DNA of 32,000 nucleotides from contig NC_000964.3 of the NCBI RefSeq assembly GCF_000009045.1, positions 2,010,001-2,042,000 of the forward strand, in the 5' to 3' direction. Under the pieces are notes generated by a model that had not been told where the DNA came from, ran no database searches, and saw nothing but the letters and a program-made list of their open reading frames with translations. The stretch is from Bacillus subtilis subsp. subtilis str. 168. Lineage in GTDB: Bacteria; Bacillota; Bacilli; Bacillales; Bacillaceae. Position numbers and translations under genes: made by a program. Shown here in pieces: positions 17,509-26,796 of this stretch; position 1 is the stretch's first letter, and each line of letters starts with the position of its first letter.

Positions 17509-17802
17509 ATGGACGTTTTTTTAGGAATTGGTATTGCTTTGGCTGGATATTTTATCGGTGAAGGCTTAAAGCAGAGGAACCAAACCAAAGGTAATGAACA
17601 AAATGATATCTTCCTAATAAAAGAACGGGATATTTACTTTTACATTGGACTTTTTTTAGGAATAACAACGACTGAAGCAAAACAGTTAGCTGGAGACATG
17701 GCAGACCTGCCTTACATCGAAATAAACGGAAAAAAATATGTCCAGAAACATATGTTAAAAGATTGGACATTCACATTAGTTGAAAAACATCAGGGTGAAT
17801 AA
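17509..17802 (+). CDS. yoaF: small membrane-anchored protein with excisionase-like HTH C-terminus
   Basis: 97 aa with an N-terminal TM segment (VFLGIGIALAGYFIGEGL) and SD GGAGG. No terminator separates it from yoaE. Confidence 0.75.
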   Translation: MDVFLGIGIALAGYFIGEGLKQRNQTKGNEQNDIFLIKERDIYFYIGLFLGITTTEAKQLAGDMADLPYIEINGKKYVQKHMLKDWTFTLVEKHQGE

Positions 17803-17811
17803 AACAAATCT

Positions 17812-17849
17812 GAGGAGAGCGAGATTCATTGTCACGCTCTCCTCTGTTT
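17812..17849 (+). terminator. terminator after yoaF
   Basis: 10-bp stem GAGGAGAGCG / CGCTCTCCTC, followed by TGTTT (a weak T-tract). Confidence 0.6.
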
Positions 17850-18174
17850 AGCTGTATGGATCCTGCCACCAAAACTTTGTGCTATAAGCGCTGATAAAAC
17901 GATAAACCACCATCTATGTTCTTTCCTCAAACAACTCAAGATGCCCGTTCCACAACAATAGTTTTTATATTCCTTTGATGACGTGATGTTCTTGATGAAC
18001 GTATGTATCGTAAAACACTTAGAAAACCTATTCGGTTTGAATGTGTGCTCTCATTATGCCCCCATACTGCGCCTTTATCCGCGGAGGATTTTTTTAAAAA
18101 AATATGAAACCTAAAGCTTTTAGATCCTGAATTTTTATTGAACCTCCATATTTCTCCGATTGGTAAAAATTAGC

Positions 18175-18579
18175 CTATACACCGGAAGCTGTACGTTTAT
18201 AAAGGATCAGAGAATCCCATAACCAGTAAATCACTGCAGCCGCAATACTTAACATATAATAAAAGTACGATTGCAATGTCCATGCTATTGACGCAGGTTC
18301 ATTGATAACAAAAAACAGGAAAGCTGCGATAAAAGCAACCACACTGTAAATCAATAGGTACATGACATTGAAAGTTCTCGCTTTTTTCTGCAACTTCATT
18401 TGGAGCGGAACAGCAAAAAGGCCATACACCACAAAACCGTATAATAAAGCAATTGCTGCCGTAAACAATGCAATTATCATATCGCCATACATAACGAAAG
18501 AATAAAACCCTAATAACAAACCAAATGTAAGGCTGGATAGCCCTAATGTCATTAAATAATATGATGCGATTTTTTTCAT
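18175..18579 (-). CDS. yoaG: integral membrane protein (4 TM segments), function unknown
   Basis: ATG 18579 follows SD AAGGGGGGTG. The track ORF adds 10 N-terminal codons that overlap the SD. Confidence 0.8.
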   Translation of the reverse strand: MKKIASYYLMTLGLSSLTFGLLLGFYSFVMYGDMIIALFTAAIALLYGFVVYGLFAVPLQMKLQKKARTFNVMYLLIYSVVAFIAAFLFFVINEPASIAWTLQSYFYYMLSIAAAVIYWLWDSLILYKRTASGV

Positions 18580-18853
18580 TTTTTCACCCCCCTTGTTTGA
18601 TTTATTCACAGTGCTGTTAGTATAAATTCACAACCTTTGTATTTCTTTTATCGAGATGTCTTCCCTAACGTGCTATACGCAATGCGCTAATAAAAGGTTT
18701 CAAAAATGACGTTCTTTTATTAGATAATACGCTGGCTGAAAACGCCTCTCCTGATTGGCCAAAGCGCGAATGAAAAAAGTGCATGAATACCTGCCCAACA
18801 GACAGAATAAGAAGAGTTGATATTTCAACACTTTTCGTAAAGGGGTGAAACCA

Positions 18854-18976
18854 ATGAGTAAGAAAGGTATTCAAAATTCAAGTATTGAACAAATAAGAAA
18901 TGACCATGAGACTGAAACAGCTTTTAAAGCAGATGATCCTAAAAAACACGGTTCCGATCCTAAAAGAACGAAATAA
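18854..18976 (+). CDS. 40-aa highly hydrophilic small protein (hypothetical)
   Basis: Not in the track because it is under 60 aa. ATG follows SD AAAGGGGTGA and reads MSKKGIQNSSIEQIRNDHETETAFKADDPKKHGSDPKRTK. It is in tandem with the next ORF. Confidence 0.45.
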   Translation: MSKKGIQNSSIEQIRNDHETETAFKADDPKKHGSDPKRTK

Positions 18977-19019
18977 GTTCTTACCCCCACTAAAATATCA
19001 ATAATCTGGAGGAAGTAAA

Positions 19020-19313
19020 GTGACTCAAAAAAACGGTGCAGACAGACCTGATGATTATAAAAGATTTTCTTCATTAGACAAGGAATATGATTTTCAGCAA
19101 TCTATACGCAGCAATACTGAGACAGAAAGTGTAAACACTGAAACACAAACTCATAACAAAGAAAACAAAAATGACACAACAGATGTTGCCGGGAAATACT
19201 TTGAGCCCTCAGATTATAAAGGAAGCACGCAATTAGAAAAAGGATTGGCTGAAACTCATGAACAGGTCAGCGATGACTATTTTGAAGGGACAATCGATCA
19301 AAATTTGGACTAG
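19020..19313 (+). CDS. 97-aa acidic, low-complexity hydrophilic protein (hypothetical; possibly yozQ)
   Basis: GTG start 7 nt after a strong SD (GGAGGAAG). No TM segment, and the sequence is rich in D/E/T/N. Confidence 0.65.
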   Translation: MTQKNGADRPDDYKRFSSLDKEYDFQQSIRSNTETESVNTETQTHNKENKNDTTDVAGKYFEPSDYKGSTQLEKGLAETHEQVSDDYFEGTIDQNLD

Positions 19314-19383
19314 CCATACAAACGGAACTAACTTAAAAGAAGTCAGTTAACTCTGTTTTTAGAAACAACCACAGTAAAAGTAG

Positions 19384-19411
19384 CCAACCCCCACCGAATA
19401 AGATGGGGGTT
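19384..19411 (-). terminator. terminator after yoaH
   Basis: Stem CAACCCCC / GGGGGTTG. On the minus strand it is followed by GCTACTTTT. Confidence 0.6.
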
Positions 19412-19428
19412 GCACGTAAGTAGCCTGT

Positions 19429-21114
19429 TTAATATTTAAAACGATTAATGACGGTTTGAAGTTCTTCTGCCAACTGAGATAGAGATTCTGCGGCATAGGA
19501 GATTTCCCCCATTGAATGAAGCTGTTCCTGTGATGAATTTGCAACCGCTTCTGTATTTGCTGACGTTTCTTTTGTACCAGCAGCCAATGTATGAACTGTG
19601 TGCTGAATCACTTCAACGCCTGAAGTAAGCTGTTGAGTTGCTGCTGCAACTTCTTGTATTTGAGAAGTGACCTGTTCCACCAGGTTCAGTATTTCATTGA
19701 AATTTCCTGTTGTCTCTTGAGAAAGAACAATACCTGAGCTCACATTTTCTTGAACAACTTTAATATTATTTACCGTTTCTATCGATTCGTTTTGGATGGT
19801 CGCTACCACCGATTGGATGTGGTTTGCAGATTTATTTGTTTCATCCGCCAACTTCCGAACTTCTTCTGCCACCACAGCAAATCCTTTTCCTTGCTCTCCG
19901 GCTCTGGCCGCCTCGATCGCTGCATTTAGTGCCAACAAATTTGTCTGCTCTGAAATCGTCGTGATAAGCGAAGAGATATCGCTGATTTCTGCTGTGCTCG
20001 CTACCAATGTTTGCAATCCATTGCCGGCTGAATCTACAGATTTATCAATGAATTTCATCTGGTCTAACATCTTGTTGACGGACTTAGAGCCTATTTCAGC
20101 CTTGTCTCTCATCGAAGAAGAAAGATCCGCTATGTTCCCTGTATTTGAAGCGACTGATGATATACTGTCTAATAATTCAGTGATGGATTCTGCGCTCTTT
20201 TCTGTCATTGAGCTTTGCTTCACATTGCTGTCGGCAGCCATCTGCATGGCTCGTGAAATATGTTCAGATGTTGATTTCGATTCTTCCGCGCTTGCCGATA
20301 ATTCTTCAGAGGAAGCGGCGACTTGTTCAGATGAGCTGCTGATCTGCTTCACAATTTGAGTTAATGAATGAGTAAAAGAATTAAAAGATTGGGCAAGCTG
20401 GCCAAATTCATCTTTATTTTTCACAATGACTTTTTTGGTTAAATCAGCCTCGCCGTGTGCAATTTCCTCCAGCTGCTTATTTATGCTTCTTAGTGGCACC
20501 ATAATGGACTTTAACAGCATTATGCTTAGAACAATGCCTAATATTACTGATATCCCTGTGACAATGATAATGAGCGATTGACTCATTTTCCCATTGCCCT
20601 GTATTTCATCCTTTAGATCCTCTACCTCTTGATCCAGGCGATCAGACAGCTTATTGACAGCCGGAGCTACGCCTTCTTTTCTTATTGTTCTTTCTTCTCC
20701 AAAATGGATGGTTTCTGCTTTTTTAGGATTTGAAGAGTAGGCTGTTACTACTTGCTGATTCAAAGCTCTATACTGAGTAAAACTTGTCTTAATGTCTTCA
20801 ATATTGGATTGATACTTCTCTTCATCAATCAAGTCATTAACCCGGTCAAGGCTCTTTAAGACATCGTCTGCTTTTCCCTTCATACCCTCGTCGTATTCTT
20901 TGTCTCTGGTAATCAAGAAGCCTCTTTCATCATTTGATAACCCGGTCAATTCATATTGGATGTGTTTTATCTCTTTTTGGAATTCCATTTTGTCTTTAAG
21001 TTCTTCATTCTTTTTCACAGTAGAAGAAATCATAAATACTGAGGAGCCTCCAATTCCAATAATTGAAACAACTAATATTGATATAATCCCCAGCAATTTT
21101 GTTTTCACTTTCAT
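19429..21114 (-). CDS. yoaH: methyl-accepting chemotaxis protein
   Basis: TM, extracellular helical sensor, TM, HAMP, then a signalling domain with [35 protein letters not shown]. The start is at MKVKTK, after GGAAAGGGAAAA. Confidence 0.92.
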
Positions 21115-21204
21115 GTGTCGTTTTCCCTTTCCGCACAATGTAATGGCTGAAATAAAATATGTTCAAGCGCGTTTGAATCCAATTCGCTTACGCTCATGTC
21201 CATA

Positions 21205-21230
21205 ATATCGACACGTGTTATCAAGTTTTA
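21205..21230 (-). promoter_or_regulatory. SigD-type promoter candidate for yoaH
   Basis: Minus strand TAAA, 14-nt spacer, GTCGATAT, against the SigD consensus TAAA-N15-GCCGATAT. Confidence 0.55.
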
Positions 21231-21438
21231 TAGTGATATTCTTATATGAATAAGCAAATTCTTTACGTCTCTGAACTTACAGAAAAACCTTAAGTAAAAT
21301 TTGCAGTCTTTTGCGGTATGTAAGTCACTCTTATTCGTTTTTCTAAAAAAGGCTTTTCCCACCTCAAATTGGCTGAACCGGCTGTTTTCTCGAAAATATA
21401 ATACAATACGCAGCATAATATGAAGGAGCGAAACTTAA

Positions 21439-22890
21439 ATGGGGATCATCAATGGTAAAGAATTCATTGACCGATTGAATAAACTAGAAAACGAAATATG
21501 GTATGATGGCGAAAAAATAAAGGGTAACATTTCTGAGCATCCTGCATTTAAAGGAATAATCAAAACAAAAAGCTCACTTTATGAATTGCAAACAAAGGAT
21601 GAGTTAATACATGAAATGACTTATTGCCTTCCTGGAGATCATAATCGAATCGGCCTTTCCTATCTCCAGCCTAAAACAAAAAATGATTTGAAAAAAAGAA
21701 GGACCATGATTGAACATTGGGCTAGACATACTCATGGAATGATGGGGAGAAGTCCGGATTACATGAATACGGTTATGATGAGCTTTGCTTCGTCAGCGGA
21801 GCTTCTAAAAGATAAAGAGAATTGCTTTCCTGAACATATACTAGATATGTATGAACAAGCTGCTAAGCATGACCTTTCCTTTACCCATACATTCATTACT
21901 CCGCAAGTGAACCGGTCACAGTCCTATTTTGGGCTAAGTGAAAAACCGATATCTGCTAAAGTCATTGATAGAACCGAAAAAGGTTTAATGATTCATGGCG
22001 CACGACTGCTTGCCACACAAGGCGGGTTGACCGATGAAATCTTGGTTTTTTCAGCGCCTAAATTTTTCTTTGAAACAGATGAAGCTTATGCTTTTTCAAT
22101 CCCTTCTAATACAAAAGGCGTAAAATTCATCACAAGAGAATCATTTGTATTAAGCGACTCTTCCTTTAATCATCCCTTAAGCTCAAGGTATGAAGAAATG
22201 GATTCAATTGTGGTTTTTGATCATGTGTTAGTGCCGTGGAATCGTGTGTTTTTTTACGATAATGTGGAAGCAGCTAAAGATTTTATGACAAAAAGCTCTT
22301 TTCATGCCTTTACCTTTCACCAGGTTGTCATTAGGCAAATGATAAAAATTGAATTTCTATTAGGTGTTGCACAGCTTCTTGTCGACACCATTAATGTTTC
22401 CGAATATCAGCACATCCAAGAAAAGCTCTCAGAAATCATTGTGGGATTGGAAACAATCAAAGCCCTCATTGACAAATCGGAAAATGATGCTCAGTTAGAT
22501 GAATTCGGCTATATGCGCCCCTGTTTAATTCCTCTTCAAGTCATCAGTACGATCATTCCTAAGCTATATCCTCGATTTACTGAAATCATACAATTAATTG
22601 GAGCTAGCGGAATGGTGACACTGCCTACCGAAAATGCATTTGACTCAGAGATACGGGAAGATCTTGACCAATATCTTCAAGCAACCAATACAAATGCTGA
22701 AGAACGTGTGAAAATTTTCCGTTTGGCATGGGATTTAACAATGAGTTCATTCGGAACTAGACAAACTCACTACGAAAGATATTTTTTCGGAGATCCTATT
22801 CGGATTTCAAGCAGGCTGTATACCAGTTATCCAAAGCAGGAGCAGTTGAACATGATTAAAACATTTTTACATGCAGATACAGAACATTGA
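21439..22890 (+). CDS. yoaI: HpaB-family flavin-dependent monooxygenase (4-hydroxyphenylacetate 3-monooxygenase oxygenase component-like)
   Basis: 483 aa with a family-typical acyl-CoA-dehydrogenase-like fold and length. SD GAAGGAG. No adjacent flavin reductase gene. Confidence 0.85.
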   Translation: MGIINGKEFIDRLNKLENEIWYDGEKIKGNISEHPAFKGIIKTKSSLYELQTKDELIHEMTYCLPGDHNRIGLSYLQPKTKNDLKKRRTMIEHWARHTHGMMGRSPDYMNTVMMSFASSAELLKDKENCFPEHILDMYEQAAKHDLSFTHTFITPQVNRSQSYFGLSEKPISAKVIDRTEKGLMIHGARLLATQGGLTDEILVFSAPKFFFETDEAYAFSIPSNTKGVKFITRESFVLSDSSFNHPLSSRYEEMDSIVVFDHVLVPWNRVFFYDNVEAAKDFMTKSSFHAFTFHQVVIRQMIKIEFLLGVAQLLVDTINVSEYQHIQEKLSEIIVGLETIKALIDKSENDAQLDEFGYMRPCLIPLQVISTIIPKLYPRFTEIIQLIGASGMVTLPTENAFDSEIREDLDQYLQATNTNAEERVKIFRLAWDLTMSSFGTRQTHYERYFFGDPIRISSRLYTSYPKQEQLNMIKTFLHADTEH

Positions 22891-22928
22891 AAAAACAGCG
22901 GGAAAAGATCCGCTGTTTCGTATTTTTT
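22890..22928. terminator. bidirectional terminator between yoaI and yoaJ
   Basis: Stem AACAGCGG-loop-CCGCTGTT, flanked by AAAAA on the left and TCGTATTTTTT on the right. Confidence 0.8.
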
Positions 22929-23625
22929 ATTCAGGAAACTGAACATGGCCCGGTACTGTATAGGCTTTGGACGTTCCGCTTTCAGGCAGCTTTGGAATGG
23001 TGTCTTTCACAACTTTTCCGCGGATGTCAGTCATTCTGACTTTGAGAGAGCCAGTACCTAAATTCGTACTCACAAAATGGTTATAGTCCATTTTCTCCAT
23101 GTTGATCCACTTACCATCCTTTTCATATTCCATTTTCATAACAGGATACTTGTGATTTCTGACTTGGATTGCTGCCCACCACCTGCTGCTGCCTTCTTTG
23201 ATCCGGTACGTGAAATTGCCGGTGATTGGGGCTTTGACAACACGCCATTTAATATTGATTTTTCCGTCTTTCATATTGCCGATTTTACGGAAGGCATTAG
23301 GTGACAGATCAAGAGCTCCCCGAGCGCCTTCGGGATAAAGATCAGTAACATATACGGTTGTTTTCCCTTTTGGCCCTTCAACTTCCAAATAAGAGCCGGC
23401 AAGTGCCGCTTTTACTCCTCCGTAATTGAGATCCGCCGGATTTATTGCAGTAATCTCCATATCGGAAGGAATGGGATCCAGCAGGAAAGCTCCTCCTGAA
23501 TAGCCTGACCCTGTATACGTTGCATAACCTTCATGCAGGTCGTCATATGCTGCCGAAGCTTGCGGGGAAAAACAGAAGATCGTCAACAAAACCATACCAA
23601 CAAATGCACTCATGATCTTTTTCAT
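22927..23625 (-). CDS. yoaJ: bacterial expansin (EXLX1)
   Basis: 232 aa with a signal peptide (..SPQASA/AYDD), a D1 double-psi beta-barrel-like domain and a D2 aromatic-rich CBM-like domain. SD GAGGAGG. Confidence 0.92.
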   Translation of the reverse strand: MKKIMSAFVGMVLLTIFCFSPQASAAYDDLHEGYATYTGSGYSGGAFLLDPIPSDMEITAINPADLNYGGVKAALAGSYLEVEGPKGKTTVYVTDLYPEGARGALDLSPNAFRKIGNMKDGKINIKWRVVKAPITGNFTYRIKEGSSRWWAAIQVRNHKYPVMKMEYEKDGKWINMEKMDYNHFVSTNLGTGSLKVRMTDIRGKVVKDTIPKLPESGTSKAYTVPGHVQFPE

Positions 23626-23654
23626 ATTTGGTCCTCCTCAAACCAGACTTCAAA

Positions 23655-23669
23655 TGAGAATCATTATCA
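23655..23669. promoter_or_regulatory. Fur box (7-1-7) overlapping the yoaJ promoter
   Basis: TGAGAATCATTATCA against TGATAATNATTATCA (one mismatch). It abuts the -10 TATAAT (23674-23669, minus), which has TTCAAA 17 nt upstream (23697-23692). Confidence 0.7.
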
Positions 23670-23894
23670 TTATAAGACTCAATCCATCTGGTTTGAAAGA
23701 GGAAATAGATTCATAGTTGATTTTAAGGCAAATTCACTATCATTCATATATCAAATGTAGGTACTTATGAAAAAGCCAATACAAATGAACGAATGTGCAC
23801 TTCAGCCGAATGTCTTATTTTTCCCTCTCAAAATTCGCATTTCAATAACGAAATGAAACAGGCTGTTGGCCTGATAACAGCTATACAGGAAAAG

Positions 23895-24572
23895 CTATTT
23901 TTCCCCGCTCAGTTTCAACTTAGCTGTCATCATGATGCCAAAGATCAGCACAATCGGAACCCAAATAATGAAGTGATAAAAATCAGGCTCAGCCAGAGCA
24001 ACAATAATAGCCCCTACACAATACAAAATAATAGCCAGTGCTCTTAACACAGTATCTCTTAAGAAAGTCTTCTTTTGCTTCTTAAAAAACAAACGGCCGG
24101 ATATATCCTCTAAAAGAGAAGCCAAAGTGCCGGTCAACACAGTTGAAGAAATACCTGCAATCCCCAGTTTTTTTGCTGCTGTAGTTTGAATCCCCATAGA
24201 AATGCTCATGAGTATAATTAGAATGTGCACAGGAACAAATGCCCGGTAAAAAGAAAGACAAGCAAAGACAAACAAAATGAATGCTTCAAGTGCGAGGGCT
24301 TTTGTCACAGCAGAAGGCCAAAGGGTATTTTCCGCCTTTCCGACCATCAATGTAGCAATGATCACGCCGCATATAAATCCGATTAGCGCAGTCAAGGAAT
24401 TAAAAACAGTGACCTGAATGGATTTGCCGATAGCTAACCCCAATAATACAATGTTTCCAGTCATATTAGCTGTGAACACATGTCCCAGGCTTAAATACCC
24501 GATTACATCCACGATTCCAGCTGTTAAACATAAAAGTGATAGCAAGGTGTTTCGATAAGCTGCTGCAGTCAA
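23895..24572 (-). CDS. yoaK: DUF1275-family integral membrane protein
   Basis: 225 aa with about 6 TM segments and a TTG start after AAAGGA. Confidence 0.85.
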   Translation of the reverse strand: MTAAAYRNTLLSLLCLTAGIVDVIGYLSLGHVFTANMTGNIVLLGLAIGKSIQVTVFNSLTALIGFICGVIIATLMVGKAENTLWPSAVTKALALEAFILFVFACLSFYRAFVPVHILIILMSISMGIQTTAAKKLGIAGISSTVLTGTLASLLEDISGRLFFKKQKKTFLRDTVLRALAIILYCVGAIIVALAEPDFYHFIIWVPIVLIFGIMMTAKLKLSGEK

Positions 24573-24744
24573 CGGTGTATCAATCCTTTCTTCTATTTCA
24601 ATTGTTAGTATGTCTTTTGGCGCAATCTCTATTTTTTAAGTAACCCAACATTAATTAGGAAGATAGAACCTATTATTCCTTTCCATTAACTGTAATAATA
24701 ATCCCCGCAAGGAAATGATTAAAATTGAAAGGAAGCATATTGTG

Positions 24745-25782
24745 ATGAAACGACTTTGTTTATGGTTCACCGTCTTTAGCTTGTTTTTGGTTCTCTTGCC
24801 TGGAAAAGCATTAGGTGCAGTCGATTTTCCGAATACCTCAACAAATGGCCTTTTAGGTTTTGCCGGAAATGCCAAAAATGAAAAAGGCATCTCTAAAACG
24901 GGCACAACGGGTGGAAAAAACGGGCAGATTGTTTACATTCAAAGCGTAAATGATTTAAAAACCCATCTAGGAGGATCCACTCCGAAAATTTTAGTGCTTC
25001 AAAATGATCTTTCCGCATCTGCGAAAACAACAGTTACCATTGGCTCAAATAAAACACTCGTGGGCTCTTACGCGAAAAAAACGCTGAAAAATATTTATTT
25101 AACAACTTCATCAGCTTTTGGAAATGTCATTTTTCAAAATTTAACGTTTGAACACAGTCCGCAGATTAACGGAAATAATGATATCCAGCTTTATTTAGAT
25201 TCCGGTATGAACTATTGGATTGATCACGTCACATTCTCAGGTCATAGCTATAATGCAAGCGGAAGCGATTTGGACAAACTCGTGTATATCGGAAAATCCG
25301 CAGATTATATCACGATCAGCAACTCAAAATTTGCGAATCATAAATACGGTTTGATTTTAGGATACCCGGATGATTCTCAGCATCAATATGACGGCTACCC
25401 CCACATGACAATCGCCAATAATTATTTTGAGAACTTGTATGTTAGAGGCCCAGGTCTGATGAGATACGGTTACTTTCATGTTAAAAACAATTACAGCAAT
25501 AATTTTAACCAGGCGATTACAATTGCTACAAAAGCAAAAATATATTCCGAATATAATTACTTTGGGAAAGGCAGTGAAAAAGGCGGCATCCTTGACGACA
25601 AGGGCACTGGTTATTTCAAAGACATAGGCAGCTATCCATCACTCAACAAGCAAACCTCTCCGCTGACTTCTTGGAATCCTGGGTCAAACTATAGCTATCG
25701 TGTCCAAACGCCGGAATATACAAAAGAATTTGTCACGAAATATGCCGGATCACAAAGTACAACTCTGGTATTTGGCTACTGA
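24745..25782 (+). CDS. pelB: secreted PL1-family pectin/pectate lyase
   Basis: ATG 24745 follows AAAGGAAG. It has a signal peptide ([25 protein letters not shown]), parallel beta-helix repeats, and WIDH and RGPGLMRYG motifs. Confidence 0.92.
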
Positions 25783-25786
25783 TATA

Positions 25787-25826
25787 AAAGAGGCCCTGCG
25801 TTAAAAACGCTGTGCCTCTTTTTATA
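25787..25826 (+). terminator. terminator after pelB
   Basis: Long imperfect hairpin AAAGAGGC..GCGTT-AAAA-ACGC..GCCTCTTT, followed by TTTAT. Confidence 0.7.
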
Positions 25827-26038
25827 CTATAGGCTATTTTTAAGCGATCCTTGTAATTCCATCAAGATCCAGCGTCGGTCAAACTAAAAAGCATATGTTC
25901 TTTTCCACAATAACTTCTTAACTGGCTTTCTTATTATACCAGTTTATCGCAAGTGAAAAGAAATCATTGTTCTGAACCTGTATTAAATGAACGATCGTCC
26001 CACAAACTACTTAAAAACCCCTAAAAAGGATGATGGAT

Positions 26039-26722
26039 ATGTGCGGCAGGTTTACTTTGTACTCTGCATTTGATGATATTATTGACCAGTTTGACATCGA
26101 TCAATTTTTTCCTAAAGGTGAATACCAGCCAAGCTATAATGTCGCACCATCACAAAACATCCTTGCAATCATCAATGATGGATCAAATAATCGCTTAGGC
26201 AAGCTTAGATGGGGACTTATTCCACCTTGGGCAAAAGATGAAAAGATCGGTTATAAAATGATCAATGCTCGAGCCGAAACAATTACCGAGAAACCGGCCT
26301 TTCGAAGACCGCTTGTCAGCAAACGCTGCATCATACCAGCAGACAGTTTTTATGAATGGAAACGGCTTGATTCCAAAACCAAAATCCCAATGCGGATCAA
26401 ATTGAAATCATCTGCTCTTTTTGCGTTTGCTGGCTTATATGAAAAGTGGAGCACACATCAAGGATACCCTCTTTATACCTGCACCATCATAACAACTGAG
26501 CCTAATGAGTTCATGAAAGATATACACGACCGAATGCCGGTTATATTGGCCCATGATCATGAAAAGGAGTGGCTTAACCCCAAAAATACAAGCCCTGATT
26601 ATCTGCAAAGTTTGCTGCTGCCTTATGATGCTGATGACATGGAAGCATACCAGGTTTCATCATTAGTAAATTCACCCAAAAATAATTCAGCTGAGCTTCT
26701 TGATGCAGAAAATCATATGTAG
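26039..26722 (+). CDS. yoaM: SRAP (SOS-response-associated peptidase / YedK-HMCES family) abasic-site processing protein
   Basis: The start is set at MCGRF (catalytic Cys2) after AAAGGATGA. Motifs present: PSYNVAP, RWGLIPPWAKD, NARAET, RCIIPADSFYEW and HDRMPVIL. Confidence 0.9.
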   Translation: MCGRFTLYSAFDDIIDQFDIDQFFPKGEYQPSYNVAPSQNILAIINDGSNNRLGKLRWGLIPPWAKDEKIGYKMINARAETITEKPAFRRPLVSKRCIIPADSFYEWKRLDSKTKIPMRIKLKSSALFAFAGLYEKWSTHQGYPLYTCTIITTEPNEFMKDIHDRMPVILAHDHEKEWLNPKNTSPDYLQSLLLPYDADDMEAYQVSSLVNSPKNNSAELLDAENHM

Positions 26723-26796
26723 TGATTGAAAAAATTCTCTAGCAAGAACTTGTCAAATAGCTTTGTTCCTTAGGTGCCAATCCCTCTAGTAATTAT

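Noticed and set aside
16917-17588. 223-aa minus-strand ORF antisense to the yoaE 3' end and the yoaF 5' end
   Set aside because: It has no SD and a Ser/Pro/Cys-rich composition untypical of Bacillus proteins. It overlaps two well-supported plus-strand genes. Long antisense frames are common opposite genes with strong codon bias.
18665-19074. Two minus-strand track ORFs (69 and 67 aa) between yoaG and yoaH
   Set aside because: Neither has an SD. They overlap plus-strand ORFs that do have strong SDs (18854-18976 and 19020-19313), so I judged the plus-strand reading more credible.
21228-21416. 62-aa minus-strand ORF in the yoaH-yoaI intergenic region
   Set aside because: It has no SD and lies in AT-rich promoter DNA between divergent genes. 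It would overlap the likely yoaI promoter region.
23793-24047. 84-aa plus-strand ORF overlapping the yoaK 3' end
   Set aside because: It is antisense to a hydrophobic membrane gene, has no SD and has low-complexity composition.
25880-26015. Possible LexA (Cheo) boxes upstream of the SRAP gene yoaM: AAGCATATGTTC at about 25889 and TGAACGATCGTCCC at about 25988
   Set aside because: Each deviates from CGAACRNRYGTTYC at 2-3 positions, including core GAAC/GTTC bases. That is not enough to claim SOS control.
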